64,000 nucleotides of DNA from Octopus sinensis (GCF_006345805.1 NC_043012.1:42842001-42906000), one strand, 5' to 3'; positions 12,607 through 28,159 are shown, counted from the stretch's first letter. Notes: generated from the letters alone by a model not told the origin. Translations and numbers: made by a program.

Positions 12607-14699
12607 TTAATGATGTCCAGAAGATCTCTCATTGAAACAATTGATATAAAGGTGCCATTAGAAAGTTGTGCTGTGTATCTAGAATTCCACTCTGTATAAT
12701 CTGTTGGTCATGAGTTGCTGGGAATGAAACTATAATCTCTTTATAGATGGAGGAAATTTGCTTGTTATTTTGACTAAGTTAACTTATATTCTAAGATTTC
12801 AGATGGCTAAGTTCATTGGACTGTAAAGTCGAGATCATTTTGGTCTGTACCTTCTCCATCTAGTTGTAAGTAGGCATAACAACTTATTTTTTGTAAGCTG
12901 TGGCAGGTCTGTAAAATTGCTGAGCATTTTGTTACCTTACAGTGTTACGTTAAATTTGTTGTTTGCTTGGAAATACATGGGGCTGCATCTAGCTAAATTG
13001 TTCTAAAGTACACTATTTGAAGATTTCATAGATTGTCCACAACCTATTGGAATATATATATATTTTTATATATTGTTCTCCACCATCATCATCTATAGAA
13101 ACTATCACTCTCTGATCTAGTCTGTTTTGTGCCTGTGTTTCGTCACCAGAATCTACAAGAGAGACTAGCATGTACAGACTATCACATTTACCTTATGCAA
13201 TTCAGTTCTGTTCATCAGAGTGTACAGTAGGGTTCTCAACACGGTGGAGACAAGGTGTAAGTGGAAAAACGTCTGTGGGTTGAACCTACTCTGCCTAATT
13301 ACCTTCATCCCATGGGTCTGGTTGATTAGACCTAACATAGGGCTACACAATATCAGCTTTCATCCACAACAAAAGTAGAAAGGAAAAGAAAGGAGTTGTA
13401 ACATTTCAAGCATAAAGCACTTTATTGAGATGAAGAAAAACCAGATTTGAAAGAATTAGGGAATAAATGAGATTACATGTGATATCAAGTGGTTATGGTG
13501 AACAAAAACGAGAACAAAAGTGCACAGTCTATACATGTGGTTTCTGGCAGAAATAGGTGAGGAGTGAGAGTTAATCATGTACAGTGAGGTGATATATGGC
13601 AATCATGGAATTGAGTCAACAATGAGGAAGAAGAGGAGTGGATAAGTAGTAGAATTAAGAAGCAAAGAATGTGTGAGTAGGTGGCAGTGAGGCTGGGCAA
13701 GCTTTTATGAAGACAATAGATGGATATCGAAGGAAAACTACTCAGATATTGTTCCTGCAGGAAAAGCATCCCTAACTGGAAGGTCAATCTTCGTTCCTGA
13801 AGAAACCAGATGACTGAGGTGCTGCAATGCTATAAAAGACCAAAGACATAAAAATGATGATGGGGAGTGATATGCAATGAGTTTTGGTTATCCTCCATTG
13901 TTGCCTTGCATGTTTAGCAAATTGCAACCAAATTAATCAGCAAACATTTGTCTAGTTTCACTTACATATAAGAAACCACAAAGTTGGTATTTAATGTGAC
14001 ATTCTTGGCAGTGCAAGTGAACTAACTAATCAGCAACTTAGGCCTGGTGTTGTACAGAGTGGCATTATTATGGACTTAAGTTTTACTTTAAGAGTAAGAA
14101 CATGTAGAGGATCCAGATTAGATCCTGTATGGAATGAAGGAACTGTGGACCATACATCATGTAGGATGCAGTCACCTCTGAAAGAAAGGAAAGATTATTC
14201 TGAAAGGATATGAGATAGTTGATTTAATGTAGGAAAAAAATTAAAATGGAGTTAGCAGGTTTGTAACAGATGGAGTTGGAGAAATGGCAGAGTCAATGAA
14301 AATGTAGGTGTCTAAGAAGTTAAGAGGGGTTTAGAGATGATAAATGTGAATTCCAGAGCTGGTTGGGAGGACTTGATGAAGGATGTGAGATGTTGACAAG
14401 TAAGGGAGGTGTGTCAGTGCTGTTAAGATGATGGCTGAATGTGTGTGTGTGGGGGGGGGGCAGCGAAGAGGTTGATGGTTTCAGCATTAAGATGACTAGC
14501 AAATATTTTAGTGTGGTTGGAGCCCATTCTATTATTGACAATCACTCAAGGAAAAGTACCAGTAAAATCTAGAAAAGGGGAAGCAATTAAAATTGCAGAT
14601 GAATTTGGTAAGAGGGTAGGAGTAACTGGGGTGGAGCTGGACTGAGAAATTAAAATAGTGGTGATGAGTTGTCATTGGACTCTATGTACCAGATAAATA

Positions 14700-15250
14700 G
14701 AAGTGAGGTGGGACAGAAAGACAGAATGTGGATAGGTAGGGGTTGCAAGAGTGTATGAGGAAAAGTGAGAGTTGGTTAGAAGTGGGGAACAGGTGAAGGG
14801 GTGAATATAATGAATAACAGAAGAACAAGTATTGAAGGGTGAATAGTATTCATTGGAAGGCAGATGAAAAAAAAGTAGACGATGACTTTGATATTGGGTA
14901 GGGTTGAGTAGTGGATATAGTTAGTAGTGTATAAGGGATTAGGATGATCAATAATACATGAGTTGAGGCAGGTAGCTGGAGAGTAGGAGGTGACAGTGCA
15001 GAAAAGAGCGAAGCGCAGTTGAATATAATGGTAGAGTAGAGAATGGAAGGATGGAAGTGAGATAACATGTGGTTTGGTAAGTTGCACAAGAGTGAAGAGT
15101 CAGGCAGGTGTAGTATATGAGGAGAGTGAGATATGAATAGTGGTTGGGCAGAGTGTCTCAAGGGAGTGACGAAAGTAAAATGTGGATGGAGAAGGTTAAT
15201 ATAATCAATGAAGGTTGGATATCAAGTAAAATAATTTTGGGTAGTAAGAA
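14700..15250 (-). mobile_element. Possible highly decayed Penelope-like RT (thumb region)
   Basis: C/T-rich minus strand; FHSLLYHYIQLRFALFCTVT...NYIHYSTLPNIKVIVYFFFIC loosely resembles the PLE FHP.L.FT...FLD...YL.Y.S.HP..K..I motifs. Weak. Confidence 0.3.
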
Positions 15251-15588
15251 AGATAATGGTATCAGGGAACTGTTGTAGTATACAGTTCTGCTCACATGTA
15301 ATTACTGCAGCAAAATACTACAGTTAGAGAGAGATGCTGGGTGTTGGGGAATGGCTCCAGGAGGAAATTGGGTAAGAGGTCCAGTTGTGCAGATATATGC
15401 ATATTGTGCTTTCAGAATCTATTTTGCTGAGATGGATGGGTCTTCTCAAATACTGCATATCTTCAATCATCCTGGACTTTTGTCATCTCCTCCAGGAGGT
15501 CCTGACTCAGCTTTACCACTTTGTTCCAATGTCTTCTTGGGTTTCTTTCTTTTGAAAGTAGCTATATTGATTAGAACTTCTCTATGTA

Positions 15589-16270
15589 CTAGTGAACCTG
15601 TGCCATCAGAAATGACGGCATGAAAACAATATGGAAATTAAAAACATTACAACCTTTATCCCAGTAATTGCTTCAACACCATGTTCCTAGTGAAAACTCT
15701 AGCAATGAGTTCGCCTTGTCTTGGATGGTCCTTTACCAACATTTTAATTTTATTACAACTTCTACTCAATGAAAAGTTGTCCATGGCTGAATACTGTTGA
15801 TGGTAGATTGATACCAACATTATTGAAGCTCTGCCCTTGTGATTTGTTTATAGTCATTGCAAATACTGGGATAAGAGGAAATTGTCATCTACTCATAATA
15901 AAGGGAAGGGTTGTCTCACTGGGACGGAGGTTGATGCGCGGAATAAAGGCCTCTTCTCCTTTCTTGCTTCCACTAAGTATTTTTTTGCACCCATCTCTCT
16001 TGTCTCACTTCTTGTGATTGATTTAATAACCTTAATGTATTGTATAATCTTATTGCATCCAGTTCTTCCTGAGTGACACTGGCTGTTCTTTGCCTTTGTA
16101 TCTCTCTGGCTAACTGTCGCCTTATGTCTGATTCATTCTCCAAAGCAGGTAGATGAGTATATTTAATACAACAGAACACAAACTTCAAAACAAATGGGTA
16201 TGTTTGTGTGTACGCGTTAGTTTGTTTATATTTCTATACATAACCATACAAAGTTCAAAATTACACATGA
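15589..16270 (-). mobile_element. Internally deleted Helitron
   Basis: Minus strand A|TC...hairpin tgccgtca-tttc-tgatggca...CTAG|T; retains PIF1 helicase motifs [11 protein letters not shown]...VFSHGQL and a charged N-terminal-like segment. Confidence 0.85.
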
Positions 16271-16306
16271 TTACATTAATGGCTTTTTCCCCACAACCGT
16301 CTACAT

Positions 16307-16308
<2 letters not shown>

Positions 16309-16367
<59 letters not shown>
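16309..16367. repeat. (CT)n microsatellite
   Basis: Direct inspection. Confidence 0.95.
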
Positions 16368-16369
<2 letters not shown>

Positions 16370-16499
16370 CGCCTGAAATGGAAAAAGATCTTGAAGACAA
16401 ATTTCACCCTGTTGGCAAAATTCTTCATAAATATTTACAAACATCACTGTATCAGTAAATATTTGTAAATACCTTCCTTTTATATTTAGCATTCTTTAA

Positions 16500-17574
16500 C
16501 CCTTTCATTACTATATTTCTGACCAAAATACACCCCTCATGAGTTTCAATTAAATTCTAAAATAATCATGAATCTAGGCTTGTTTCATTAAATAACTGTA
16601 ACTTTTTTACTTATCAACATATTAATGTGGTATTTGGAACATAATTAAAGAAAGGGTTCTTAATCAATTCTATTGCATAACTTTTGTCTCAAAGTGACTT
16701 TAATTACAGGTAAATTGAGCAAAAGGTAAAAATATTAAAATTTTGTTTAAACATCACCATAGAAAATGAATCATCAGCTAATATTCAAATGGGTATGCAA
16801 CAAAATTTTGATAAAGAAGAATTGTGCACATCACTATATCATCAGTTGAATTTAATGCACAACAGGTGTACCATAAAGGTGGAATAAAGTGAAATACTGG
16901 AATCCACCATAAGTTTGACCAAACTAAAGAAATCGGTAAAAAAAATAATATACGGCCCTGGTTATGGTATGGAAATGATAAATTCCAGACCACATCGTTT
17001 CCTAGGCCATGCTGACTAACATTATTTTCCCTGTATAAAAACTAAATCCACGCAGTACCCAGTATTTGCTTCACAAATTTTCCGAAATTTGAACCCCCAT
17101 TTTGTGTTTGTTTACATTCTGTGTAAGTTTGTTTCCGCATTGATCGCTTCAAACAATAACTTCCAGACCACATCATACCCTAAGCCATGCTGACTAACAT
17201 TAGTTTCCCTGTATAAAAACTAAATCCACAACAGTACCCAGTATTTGTTTCACAAATTTTCCAATACGGAATCAATGCTTGATAACATGAAACTCCTATC
17301 CATTTTCAAAGTTGAAGAAAAATCGATGCCGAAAAAAATGTGGAAAAAAATCTCCCAAAATTCAGGGAATTAAAATTACACGTCAATCGTTGTACAAAAC
17401 TGTAGATGAACTGTTTACGAAGCATAATCACGTGTTTTCACGAATGTACTAAAGAGATTTGCTCTGATATTCTCATTTAAATATGAATAGGTAAATTCGG
17501 GCGGCTTTGGGCGGTTTGGTCACATTAACCAAAATTTTTTTCGGGCGACTTTGGGCAGTTTGGTAACGAAAGGG
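16500..17574. mobile_element. piggyBac-type non-autonomous element
   Basis: TTAA|ccctttcattac...gtaacgaaaggg|TTAA; internal ~100-bp direct repeat (about 16982 and 17160). Confidence 0.7.
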
Positions 17575-18249
17575 TTAAACAATATTGTCTATATCAACAA
17601 TATTGTCTATTGAAAGAAGTTTTCTTTCAATAGACAATATTTTAATTTTATGACTTAAAAATTACTCCTTATTTACTTATCTTATATTCTATTAAGTTTG
17701 CAACTTTTTAAGCAGAAAAATCTTCCAGAACAGTCAAACATCCATAGAGATACAGAAAAGATAATTTTGAGGTGCAAAAATCTTCTTTACTTTTCTTAAT
17801 ATTGTTATTAATGTTTACCAGGAAAATTTAAAAAAATCAGCATTCATTGAATGAAAATGTTGTTGTTGTAGAGAGAGAGAGAGAGAGTGTGAGGCGGTGT
17901 TTGATATCACTCCCTCTCTCATTGTTATTACCATTTTGTCTTGTCTCTTTTTTTGCTCTTACGTAACTCGTCTACTCTTTTATTGCGTGATTTTGGACAA
18001 ACTTACAAACAAGCTCATTATTATGATAGATTGTCTTCATCCATATGCATCACATGGTCATACCAGCACAGTCTTTTTTGTACACTACATCTGATTCTTA
18101 ATTTTTCCCTCAATACATTTTGTACTTTGTCGTTCATACACACTTACATTGTATATCTAGGTATTCAAGGCCCATGTCTCACTGCTTTGCAATTTTGCAT
18201 TTTTAACACAAGCAGCTTACAGCCTGCCCTTTTGTTACCAGCAGCAGTT

Positions 18250-19330
18250 ATAGCTTCCTGAACTTTCCCAACTTGTTCTTACCTTTGTTGCTATACTTTA
18301 GGAACAACCACCTTCCCTGCCAATTACATTTCTTAGGTAACAAAAACTACTGACTACTTCTAGTGAGCTATTTAGCTTTTAAGAGAAAATATTTCTCTCG
18401 TGCTCATAGTATGCATTGCTCCTGTATGTGCCACATATGAAACTTAGTTTCTCTGTTAGTCTTCCTGTAATTCCACTATACCTCTTGTGTGTCCATTGCT
18501 TACAATGAGTTCAATATACAGAGTTAATACCCACTGCTTTTCTGCTTATTAAGCAAAGCCATTTCCCCGAAGATACCAGGATTCTGACTTCTTTCCTGCT
18601 TACTAAACCTTAATGTTTGCTAAGTTTATTTTGAAATATCTCAATGCTAGGTTTAGCTTCCCTGTTTGGGATTTCCTTTCTAATTCTACTATAGATTCAG
18701 CTATGAGAACTAGATCATCAACATTGAGGAGTTTCTGTGGACATCTAGTTTGAAACTCCTCTGTGATGGTGTGTAGGACTGAATCATGGTGGACTCCTAC
18801 CATCAACAATGAATTCATTGTTCACTTGCACTTACTATGCCTTGGTATAAAGCTTGTACTGCCTGCACAAGCCATTCATTCAAATAACTGAATGTGCTAC
18901 CCTGTCAATGAATGCAAAGAATAGTGGTTTACTCTAAACCAAGTATTTCTCTTGCAGTTGTTTCACTAGCAAGATTAAACCTGTGGTACCTCTTCCAGGC
19001 AAAAAGCCAAATTGCATCTCATGTCACTTTACTATATCATGGATCAGTTGTGCTATGAATATTTCTCTGACCTTCATAACCTGATCAAATAGTTATTCCT
19101 CTATAATTTCATCTCTTTAAGGTATCTCTTTTGTCTTCATTGCTAACAATGATGTTGCTATGCCTATCATAGGATTACCTTCTTGTATAACTTCGTTAAC
19201 TATTCTGATGGTAATCTTGTATTCTACATCAGAGATATTTTGAACACCTCTGCAACTATCCCTGATGGATCACTTAAACACATGTATGTATATGTGTGTG
19301 CAAATGAGTTTATATTTCCCCTCATTTTCA
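18250..19330 (-). mobile_element. RTE-clade LINE fragment
   Basis: VGVHHDSVLHTITEEFQTRCPQKLLNVDDLVLIAES, homologous to the RTE at 3.0-3.4 kb. Confidence 0.7.
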
Positions 19331-19919
19331 TAAACAAAAACCATCATACAGATGGTATCTTTTGTTTGCAGCACATTGTGAAAACATTCCTGGATTTCTT
19401 GATTTGTTTTCAGTTTTCCATATAGCTGTGTCTGGGCTGTTTGTTGTTGGGGATTATTATCTTGTTTGAAAACTGGTGAGTATGGGCAGTTTTCTTCATG
19501 CAAGCATGGAAAAATGGACATGGAGGAAACTCAGTGGTGACAGTGCTATTAAAATAATAGCCACATATTTTGAGAGAATGTTTTATTGCTTTCATTTTTT
19601 AAATTCTTTTATTATTTTCGATTTAAATATGGAATCAAAGATTTGGTTGTCTAAGTGTATAAGTTCGCAGTTTTTCAGTTTTGAAGAATTTGTAAAATCT
19701 GTAGGAAATACAAATTACTCAATATAAAAAAGTAAATATGCAGGTAACGATGAATTCATCAACAATATATATATATATATATATATATAAAATAAGCAAT
19801 GAATTAAAATGTAGTTTGTTACTAATAAAAAGGTTCATATTCTTCCGTCTATTTTTGAATAGAGTTTAGTGGCTGACATTTTTGTTAATATTATTTCTAA
19901 AACTATATACTTTCATCTA

Positions 19920-21069
19920 TTGGGTTGGCAACTAAGTTCCTGCCATTTTTTAAAATTTTGGAATTTATTGCGTTTTTAAATTTTAGAATCTATTTTTTTT
20001 CGAGAATTCTATTTTTGAATCATTTTGGAATCTATTTTGTTTATTTCTAGTTAATTTTAGTTTGTTTTCAGATCATTAAAATGGAATGTCAAGTTAAGAG
20101 AAACGAGCATTTTCGACACCTCCTTCTTTTTGCTTTTAATTAAGGTTCTAAGGCTGCAAAAGCTGCTCGCTGTGTATGGAGAGTGTGCTATAGCTGAAAG
20201 AACAGCTCGTGATTGGTATGCCAAGTTCAAAAATGGAAATTTTGACCTCAAAGACACACCTCGTTCTGGCCGTCCAGTTGAGTTTGATGAAGAGCGACTA
20301 AACCAACTTTTGCACGAAAACGACAAGGGAACTGGTGCAGAAAATGGACTTTTCTGCGTGCTTTAAGTGACAACAGCGAAAATCAATGAGCCACAATTTC
20401 CACTGGTTTGCTCGCTTGTCACTACTCAACTCATAGACACAAGCAACAATTTCTTTAATGTTGTTACTGGTGATGAAAAATGGTACCTGTATAATCAACA
20501 TGAAGCAGCATAAGGAATGGCTTAGCCCCGGTAAACAAGCAACACTGCGCATGAAACAAGATCTTCATCCACATAAAATTATGTTGTGGGACTGGGAAGG
20601 GATTATCCATTAGGAATTGCGTGAACGGAACCAAACAGTGAATGCGGAACTCTATGTTCAATAGATGTATTGACTCAGCATGGAGTTCTGCTGCACGACA
20701 ACACCCGCCCTCATATCACCAATATGACCAAGGAAGCCCTTCAAACGCATGGCTGGGAAGTGCTGTCACACCCGCTGTACTCTCCTGATTTGGCACCAAC
20801 GGATTTTCACCTCTTTCGATCTCTTTCAAATGCTATGTGCAGAGTTTCGTTCAGTACTGATGCAGAATTGAGAGCTTGGTTGGATCAATTTTTCGAGTCG
20901 AAATTGGGTAATTTCTACCAACGAGGTATTGAAAATCTTGTTCAATGTTGGGAAGAAGTTGTAAACAACAAGGTCGAATACATTATTGATTAATTAGTTG
21001 TTATTTTTTATTAAACCTTTTAAAAAATTGATATTTTAAAAAACGGTGGGAACTTTGTTACCAACCCAA
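19920..21069 (+). mobile_element. mariner (DD34D) transposon, decayed
   Basis: TA|ttgggttggcaac...gttaccaacccaa|TA; WYAKFKNGNFDLKDTPRSGRP; HDNTRPH...YSPDLAPTD with 34 residues between the two Asp. Confidence 0.93.
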
Positions 21070-21666
21070 TAGGTACAGATTATTTTTTCTTTATTTTTTG
21101 AGAATTTTGATAACTCTCTAATCACTCATTGCCATTTTGATAATTCAATGGTGTGGTCTGTGTCAAGTATTCCATTTCTGGAAATAGTGTTGCATAGAAA
21201 ACAACTCTTAGCAGTGCACATTATTTGATTCCCCTGCTGTTTGGGTGATTCAAGAAATAACAATGAATGCATAAGAAAGTGGAAAATAGTAAGAAACATT
21301 ATTACTGAAGTCAAAATTGTGAGGCCAAATATTTTGACATTATTTAAGTCAAAGGTATCTTTTACAAGTCACAGTCAACTTAATCAAAGCATTTCAACTT
21401 TAATGCAGTGCATTTCAATATGTGTATTATTTTTGTGTTTGTACTGAGTAATATGATATTCTCCACGTAGAATTTAAACAGAAAGTAATTATTTCAATTT
21501 CCTTTATTATAGTTGACCAATATTACTGAAATATAATTAGTTTCTAAAAGTCAGAATGCCCATGAAAAATGTTGGAATTTAAATTTAATTAGCCTATGTT
21601 TATTGTTTAAAATTGCAATTTGGTTTTTGAATTATTAAAATATTTGATTCTGATTTCTTGTTACAG

Positions 21667-21832
21667 AACAGATAATGCTATTAAAAACCACTGGAATTCA
21701 ACCATGAAGAAAAAATATGAATCAATTGATGATCAAAAAAGTAGCTGTCCTCTTGTTTACAATCATCCTTACACACCAAGTACTTCAGAAAGTATGACAA
21801 ATCTACACCCAGTAAGGCTTTTTAAAAACCAA
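21667..21832 (+). CDS. MYB: Myb exon, end of R3 and start of the region after the DNA-binding domain (TDNAIKNHWNSTMKKKYESIDDQKSSCPLVYNHPYTPSTSESMTNLHPVRLFKNQ)
   Basis: Acceptor tttcttgttacag, donor gtgagt at 21833; completes GR|TDNAIKNHWNSTM; an alternative in-frame donor gtaagg lies at 21812. Confidence 0.94.
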
Positions 21833-22759
21833 GTGAGTCATTCATTTTTCTTTTGTGTGAGTTTTCACAGTTTTTGTTTTTAATGACTGGAACTTATGGA
21901 GTTTGATGTAATTTCCCTACCATTTTGCAGTGTATTTTTATCCAGCTTACATCATAGATCTTAGCATATCTATGCCTGCATAGACTGTCCAGTTGTGTAT
22001 AGTATCTACACATTTTCTCAGTTTACTTGTGCCCAGTATCACTCTCATGTTTACATTCCTTATTTATTCCTTTGTCTCTCTTTCTCCCCATCAATCTTGT
22101 ATAGCTTCAGTTTTGTTATATATAAGGTTCAATACTTGCTTCAAATAATGTAAGAATAATTGTAATAACAACATACTGCAAGCTCACTGGTTAGATAATA
22201 AAAAATAAGTAAATGAAAAAATTAGATTTCCTATATTCAGTTGAGTGGCTAGTGGCTGGAATGGTATCCAGCTGTTAAAAGATGTAATAAAGCTTCTCAC
22301 TCATACAGCATTGAGAATTGAATTTAAGTTGGTGTTGAAGATAACAGGGTAATGAAATGGTATGAGTCATCGAAAATACGTTTAGTTTGTACCTGTGCAT
22401 GTATGAAATTACACACACACACACTGTGTATATATTTTGTATAAGTATATACATATATGTATGTATTTTGTATATGTATGTTTATGTGCATGTGTGTGCA
22501 TATATATAGATATATAGTTGGAATTTACAGAAAAAAGATGTTCTGGTATTTGCTGAATTTTCTCTGGAGAACATTTTTTTTTTGTAGTTAGATCGCATGT
22601 GATATTCCAGTGTATGGTTATCCACCTAGTGGTTTATCCCTAAATATACATATGTATTGAAATTTTTTTTGATTTTTAAGATTTTTTATATATGCTAGGC
22701 TACTGGTTTTAAATTGATATTAAATTAATATTCAATTTATCTCCCTCATTATTTGAATT

Positions 22760-24162
<1,403 letters not shown>

Positions 24163-26254
24163 TAAGAATGAATGTTTTTATATATATAATGACGTGAAAT
24201 ACAGGAAGGGACGAACACGGAACACAGACAAATCATTCGAAGCCTTCAATCTTCAGTCAGACACCGAATCATCATAGCAAATTTCGGCTGTTCAATTCTG
24301 ATATTGCTCCAACTCGGCCAGCCCCAAGAAAAAAAACTAAGCTGTAAGCATTAGATTTCTTGGTAGAAGACAGGAATGTGAACGCACAAGACGGATGTGA
24401 ATACAAGAGACGAAAACGAAATTGAAAACAGTAATGAAAAAACAAAACATATATAACGATGGTTGTCATACGACTTTAGACCAAATGAGACAAAACAACA
24501 ACAACAACATAGCAGCTGGCGTAGAAATAATTACCGTTTCGGTAGCGGGGACACATGTTGGTCGAGATACGAAGGCCAACAGAATGGTTGAAGAAGCAGC
24601 AGGTCGCAGGAGAGAGAGAAAGAGAGACAGAGAGAGAGGGAATCAAAGAGGGTGGAAGGCAGGGGACAGAATCAGTGACCAAGAGAGGAGAAAGAAGGGA
24701 TTAAGGAGGATGGGAGGAAGAGAGGGGAAGAATCGGAGGGCGCCAAAAAGTTTGGTGAAGAAGCAATGGCGGGTAGTAAAAGACAGTGTGTATAGAAGTC
24801 GTGCAGGGTTTAAAATTGGACAAACAAACGGGGGGGTGCACGTAACGCCGCAATAATATAAGAATGAATGTTTTTATATATATAATGAACGTGAAATACA
24901 GGAAGGGACGAACACGGAACACAGACAAATCATTCGAAGCCTTCAATCTTCAGTCAGACACCGAATCATCATAGCAAATTTCGGCTGTTCAATTCTGATA
25001 TTTGCTCCAACTCGGCCAGCCCCAAGAAAAAAAACTAAGCTGTAAGCATTAGATTTCTTGGTAGAAGACAGGAATGTGAACGCACAAGACGGATGTGAAT
25101 ACAAGAGACGAAAACGAAATTGAAAACAGTAATGAAAAAACAAAACATATATAACGATGGTTGTCATACGACTTTAGACCAAATGAGACAAAACAACAAC
25201 AACAACATAGCAGCTGGCGTAGAAATATTACCGTTTCGGTAGCGGGGACACTGTTGGTCGAGATACGAAGGCCAACAGAATGGTTGAAGAAAGCAGCAGG
25301 TCGCAGGAGAGAGAGAAAGAGAGACAGAGAGAGAGGGAATCAAAGAGGGTGGAAGGCAGGGGACAGAATCAGTGACCAAGAGAGGAGAAAGAAGGGATTA
25401 AGGAGGATGGGGGAGGAAGAGAGGGGAAGAATCGGAGGGCGCCAAAAAGTTTGGTGAAGAAGCAATGGCGGGTAGTAAAAGACAGTGTGTATAGAAGTCG
25501 TGCAGGGTTTAAAATTGGACAAACAAACGGGGGGGTGCACGTAACGCCGCAATAATTATAAGAATGAAATTTTTTATATATATAATGAACGGAAATACAG
25601 GAAGGGACGAACACGACACAGACAAATCATTCGAAGCCTTCAATCTTCAGTCAGACACCGAATCATCATAGCAAATTTCGGCTGTTCAATTCTGATATTT
25701 GCTCCAACTCGGCCAGCCCCAGAAAAAACTAAGCTGTAAGCATTAGATTTCTTGGTAGAAGACAGGAATGTGAACGCACAAGACGGATGTGAATACAAGA
25801 GACGAAAACGAAATTGAAAACAGTAATGAAAAACAAAACATAATAACGATGGTTGTCATACGACTTTAGACCAAATGAGACAAAACAACAACAACATAGC
25901 AGCTGGCGTAGAAATAATTTACCGTTTCGGTAGCGGGGACACATGTTGGTCGAGATACGAAGGCCAACAGAATGGTTGAAGAAGCAGCAGGTCGCAGGAG
26001 AGAGAGAAAGAGAGACAGAGAGAGAGGGAATCAAAGAGGGTGGAAGGCAGGGGACAGAATCAGTGACCAAGAGAGGAGAAAGAAGGGATTAAGGAGGATG
26101 GGAGGAAGAGAGGGAAGAATCGGAGGGCGCCAAAAGTTTGGTGAAGAAGCAATGGCGGGTAGTAAAAGACAGTGTGTATAGAAGTCTGCAGGGTTTAAAA
26201 TTGGACAAACAAACGGGGGGGTGCACGTACGCCGCAATAATATAAGAATGAATG
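24163..26254. repeat. Three tandem copies of a ~684-700 bp unit inside (TA)n
   Basis: taagaatgaa starts at 24163, 24859, 25559 and 26243; copies differ mostly by single-base indels. Confidence 0.92.
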
Positions 26255-26482
26255 TATGTATATTATATATATATGTATATATATATGTATATGTATATGT
26301 ATATATATATTGTATATGTATATATATATGTAATGTATATGTATATATATATAATATAATATGTATATATGTATGTATATATATATCTATATATATGTAT
26401 GTGTGTATATATATATAATATATATATATATGTATATATATAATGTATATGTATATATATATATATATATATGTATATGTAT

Positions 26483-26516
<34 letters not shown>

Positions 26517-26600
26517 ATGTATATGTATATTATATATATATATATATATATTATTAATGTATATCTTATTATATAATATATATATATATATTGTATATGT

Positions 26601-26632
<32 letters not shown>

Positions 26633-26643
26633 ATATGTATATG

Positions 26644-26678
<35 letters not shown>

Positions 26679-26928
26679 GTTATTATTATATATATATATA
26701 TATGTATATATGTTATATATATATATATATATAATATTTATATATATATATATATATGTTATATTATATATATGTATATTATATAATATATATGTAATAT
26801 ATATAATATATATATGTATATATATTGTATATATATATATGATATATTTATGTATATTATATATTATATTATGTATATATTATATATATGTATATATATA
26901 TATTGTATATATATATATAGATGTATAT

Positions 26929-28126
26929 CATCATCATCATCATCATCATTTAGCGTCCGTTTTCCATGCTAGCATGGGTTGGACGGTTCTACTGGGGTCT
27001 GTGAAGCCAGAAGGCTTCATCAGGCCCAGTCAAATCTGGCAGTGTTTCTACGGCTGGATGCCCTTCCTAACGCCAACCACTCCGTGAGTGTAGTGGGTGC
27101 TTTTTACGTGCCACCTGCACTGGTGCCAGACAGAGCTGGCAAACGGCCACGAACGGATGGTGCTTTTTATGTGCCACCGGCACGAGGGCCAGGCGAGGCT
27201 GGCAACGGACACGAAACGGGGCGGTGCTGGCAACGGTCGCGAAACGGAAAGTTCTCTTACATGCCACCGGCACTGGTAACACATCTGCAATTCCATTGAT
27301 CGATTTCGATTCTGATCCTCACTTGCCTCAATGGGTCTTCACAAGCAGAGTTTCGACATGCCACCGGCACTGGTAGCACATCCGCAATTTCCATTGATCG
27401 ATTTCGATTCTGATCCTCACTTGCCTCAACACGTCTTCACAAGTAGAGTTTTGTGTTCCAAGAAGGGAAGGTATGCATACGTAGGCTGGCTCCATCCCAT
27501 GTAGAAGGCCACGGGTTGTGGACTCACTTGTCCTGCCGGGTCTTCTCGCGCACAGCACACTTCCAGAGGTCTCGGTCTCTAGTCATTTCCTCAGTGAGAC
27601 CTAAAGTTCGAAGGTCGTGCTTCACCACCTCGTCCCAGGTTTTCCTGGGTCTGCCTCTTCCACAGGTTCCCTCAACCGCTAGGGTGTGGCACTTTTTCAC
27701 ACAACTATCTTCATCCATTCTCGCCACATGACCATACCAGCGCAAACGTCTCTCTTGCACCCACAACTGATGCTTCTTAGGTCCAGCTTTTCTCTCAAGG
27801 TACTTACACTCTGCCGAGTGTGAGTACCGGCATTACACATCCATCGGAGCATACTGGCTTCATTTCTAGCGAGCTTACGCATATCCTCAGCAGTCACGGC
27901 CCATGTTTCACTGCCATGTAGCATGGCTGTTCGTACACACGCATCATACAGTCTGCCTTCACTCGTGCGAGAGGCCTTTTGTCACCGCATCAGAGGTAAG
28001 AGCTCTCTGAACTTTGCCCAAGCTATTCTTACTCTAGCAGTTACACTTTCAGCACACCCCACCCCCTGCTGACTTGGTCACCTAGGTAACGGAAACTATC
28101 AACTATTTCTAGTTTTTCTCCCTGGA
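26929..28126 (-). mobile_element. RTE-clade LINE 3' end with (CAT)n tail, inserted in (TA)n
   Basis: MLHGSETWAVT...; RRLRWYGHVARMDEDSCVKKC...GRGRPRKTWDEVVKHDL; internal ~80-bp duplication (about 27263-27345 and 27360-27440). Confidence 0.9.
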
Positions 28127-28159
28127 AAGTGACGGAAGTTGGTCTCAGAGCATATTATG

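Noticed and set aside
13770-13825. Hairpin gtttc-ttca-ggaac followed by GAA on the - strand
   Set aside because: Only 4 nt lie between the putative stems I and II, so there is no hammerhead core.
24235-24265. CUGAAGA...GAA on the - strand of the 690-bp unit as a hammerhead
   Set aside because: No stem I partner and no A15.1-U16.1 stem III could be formed.
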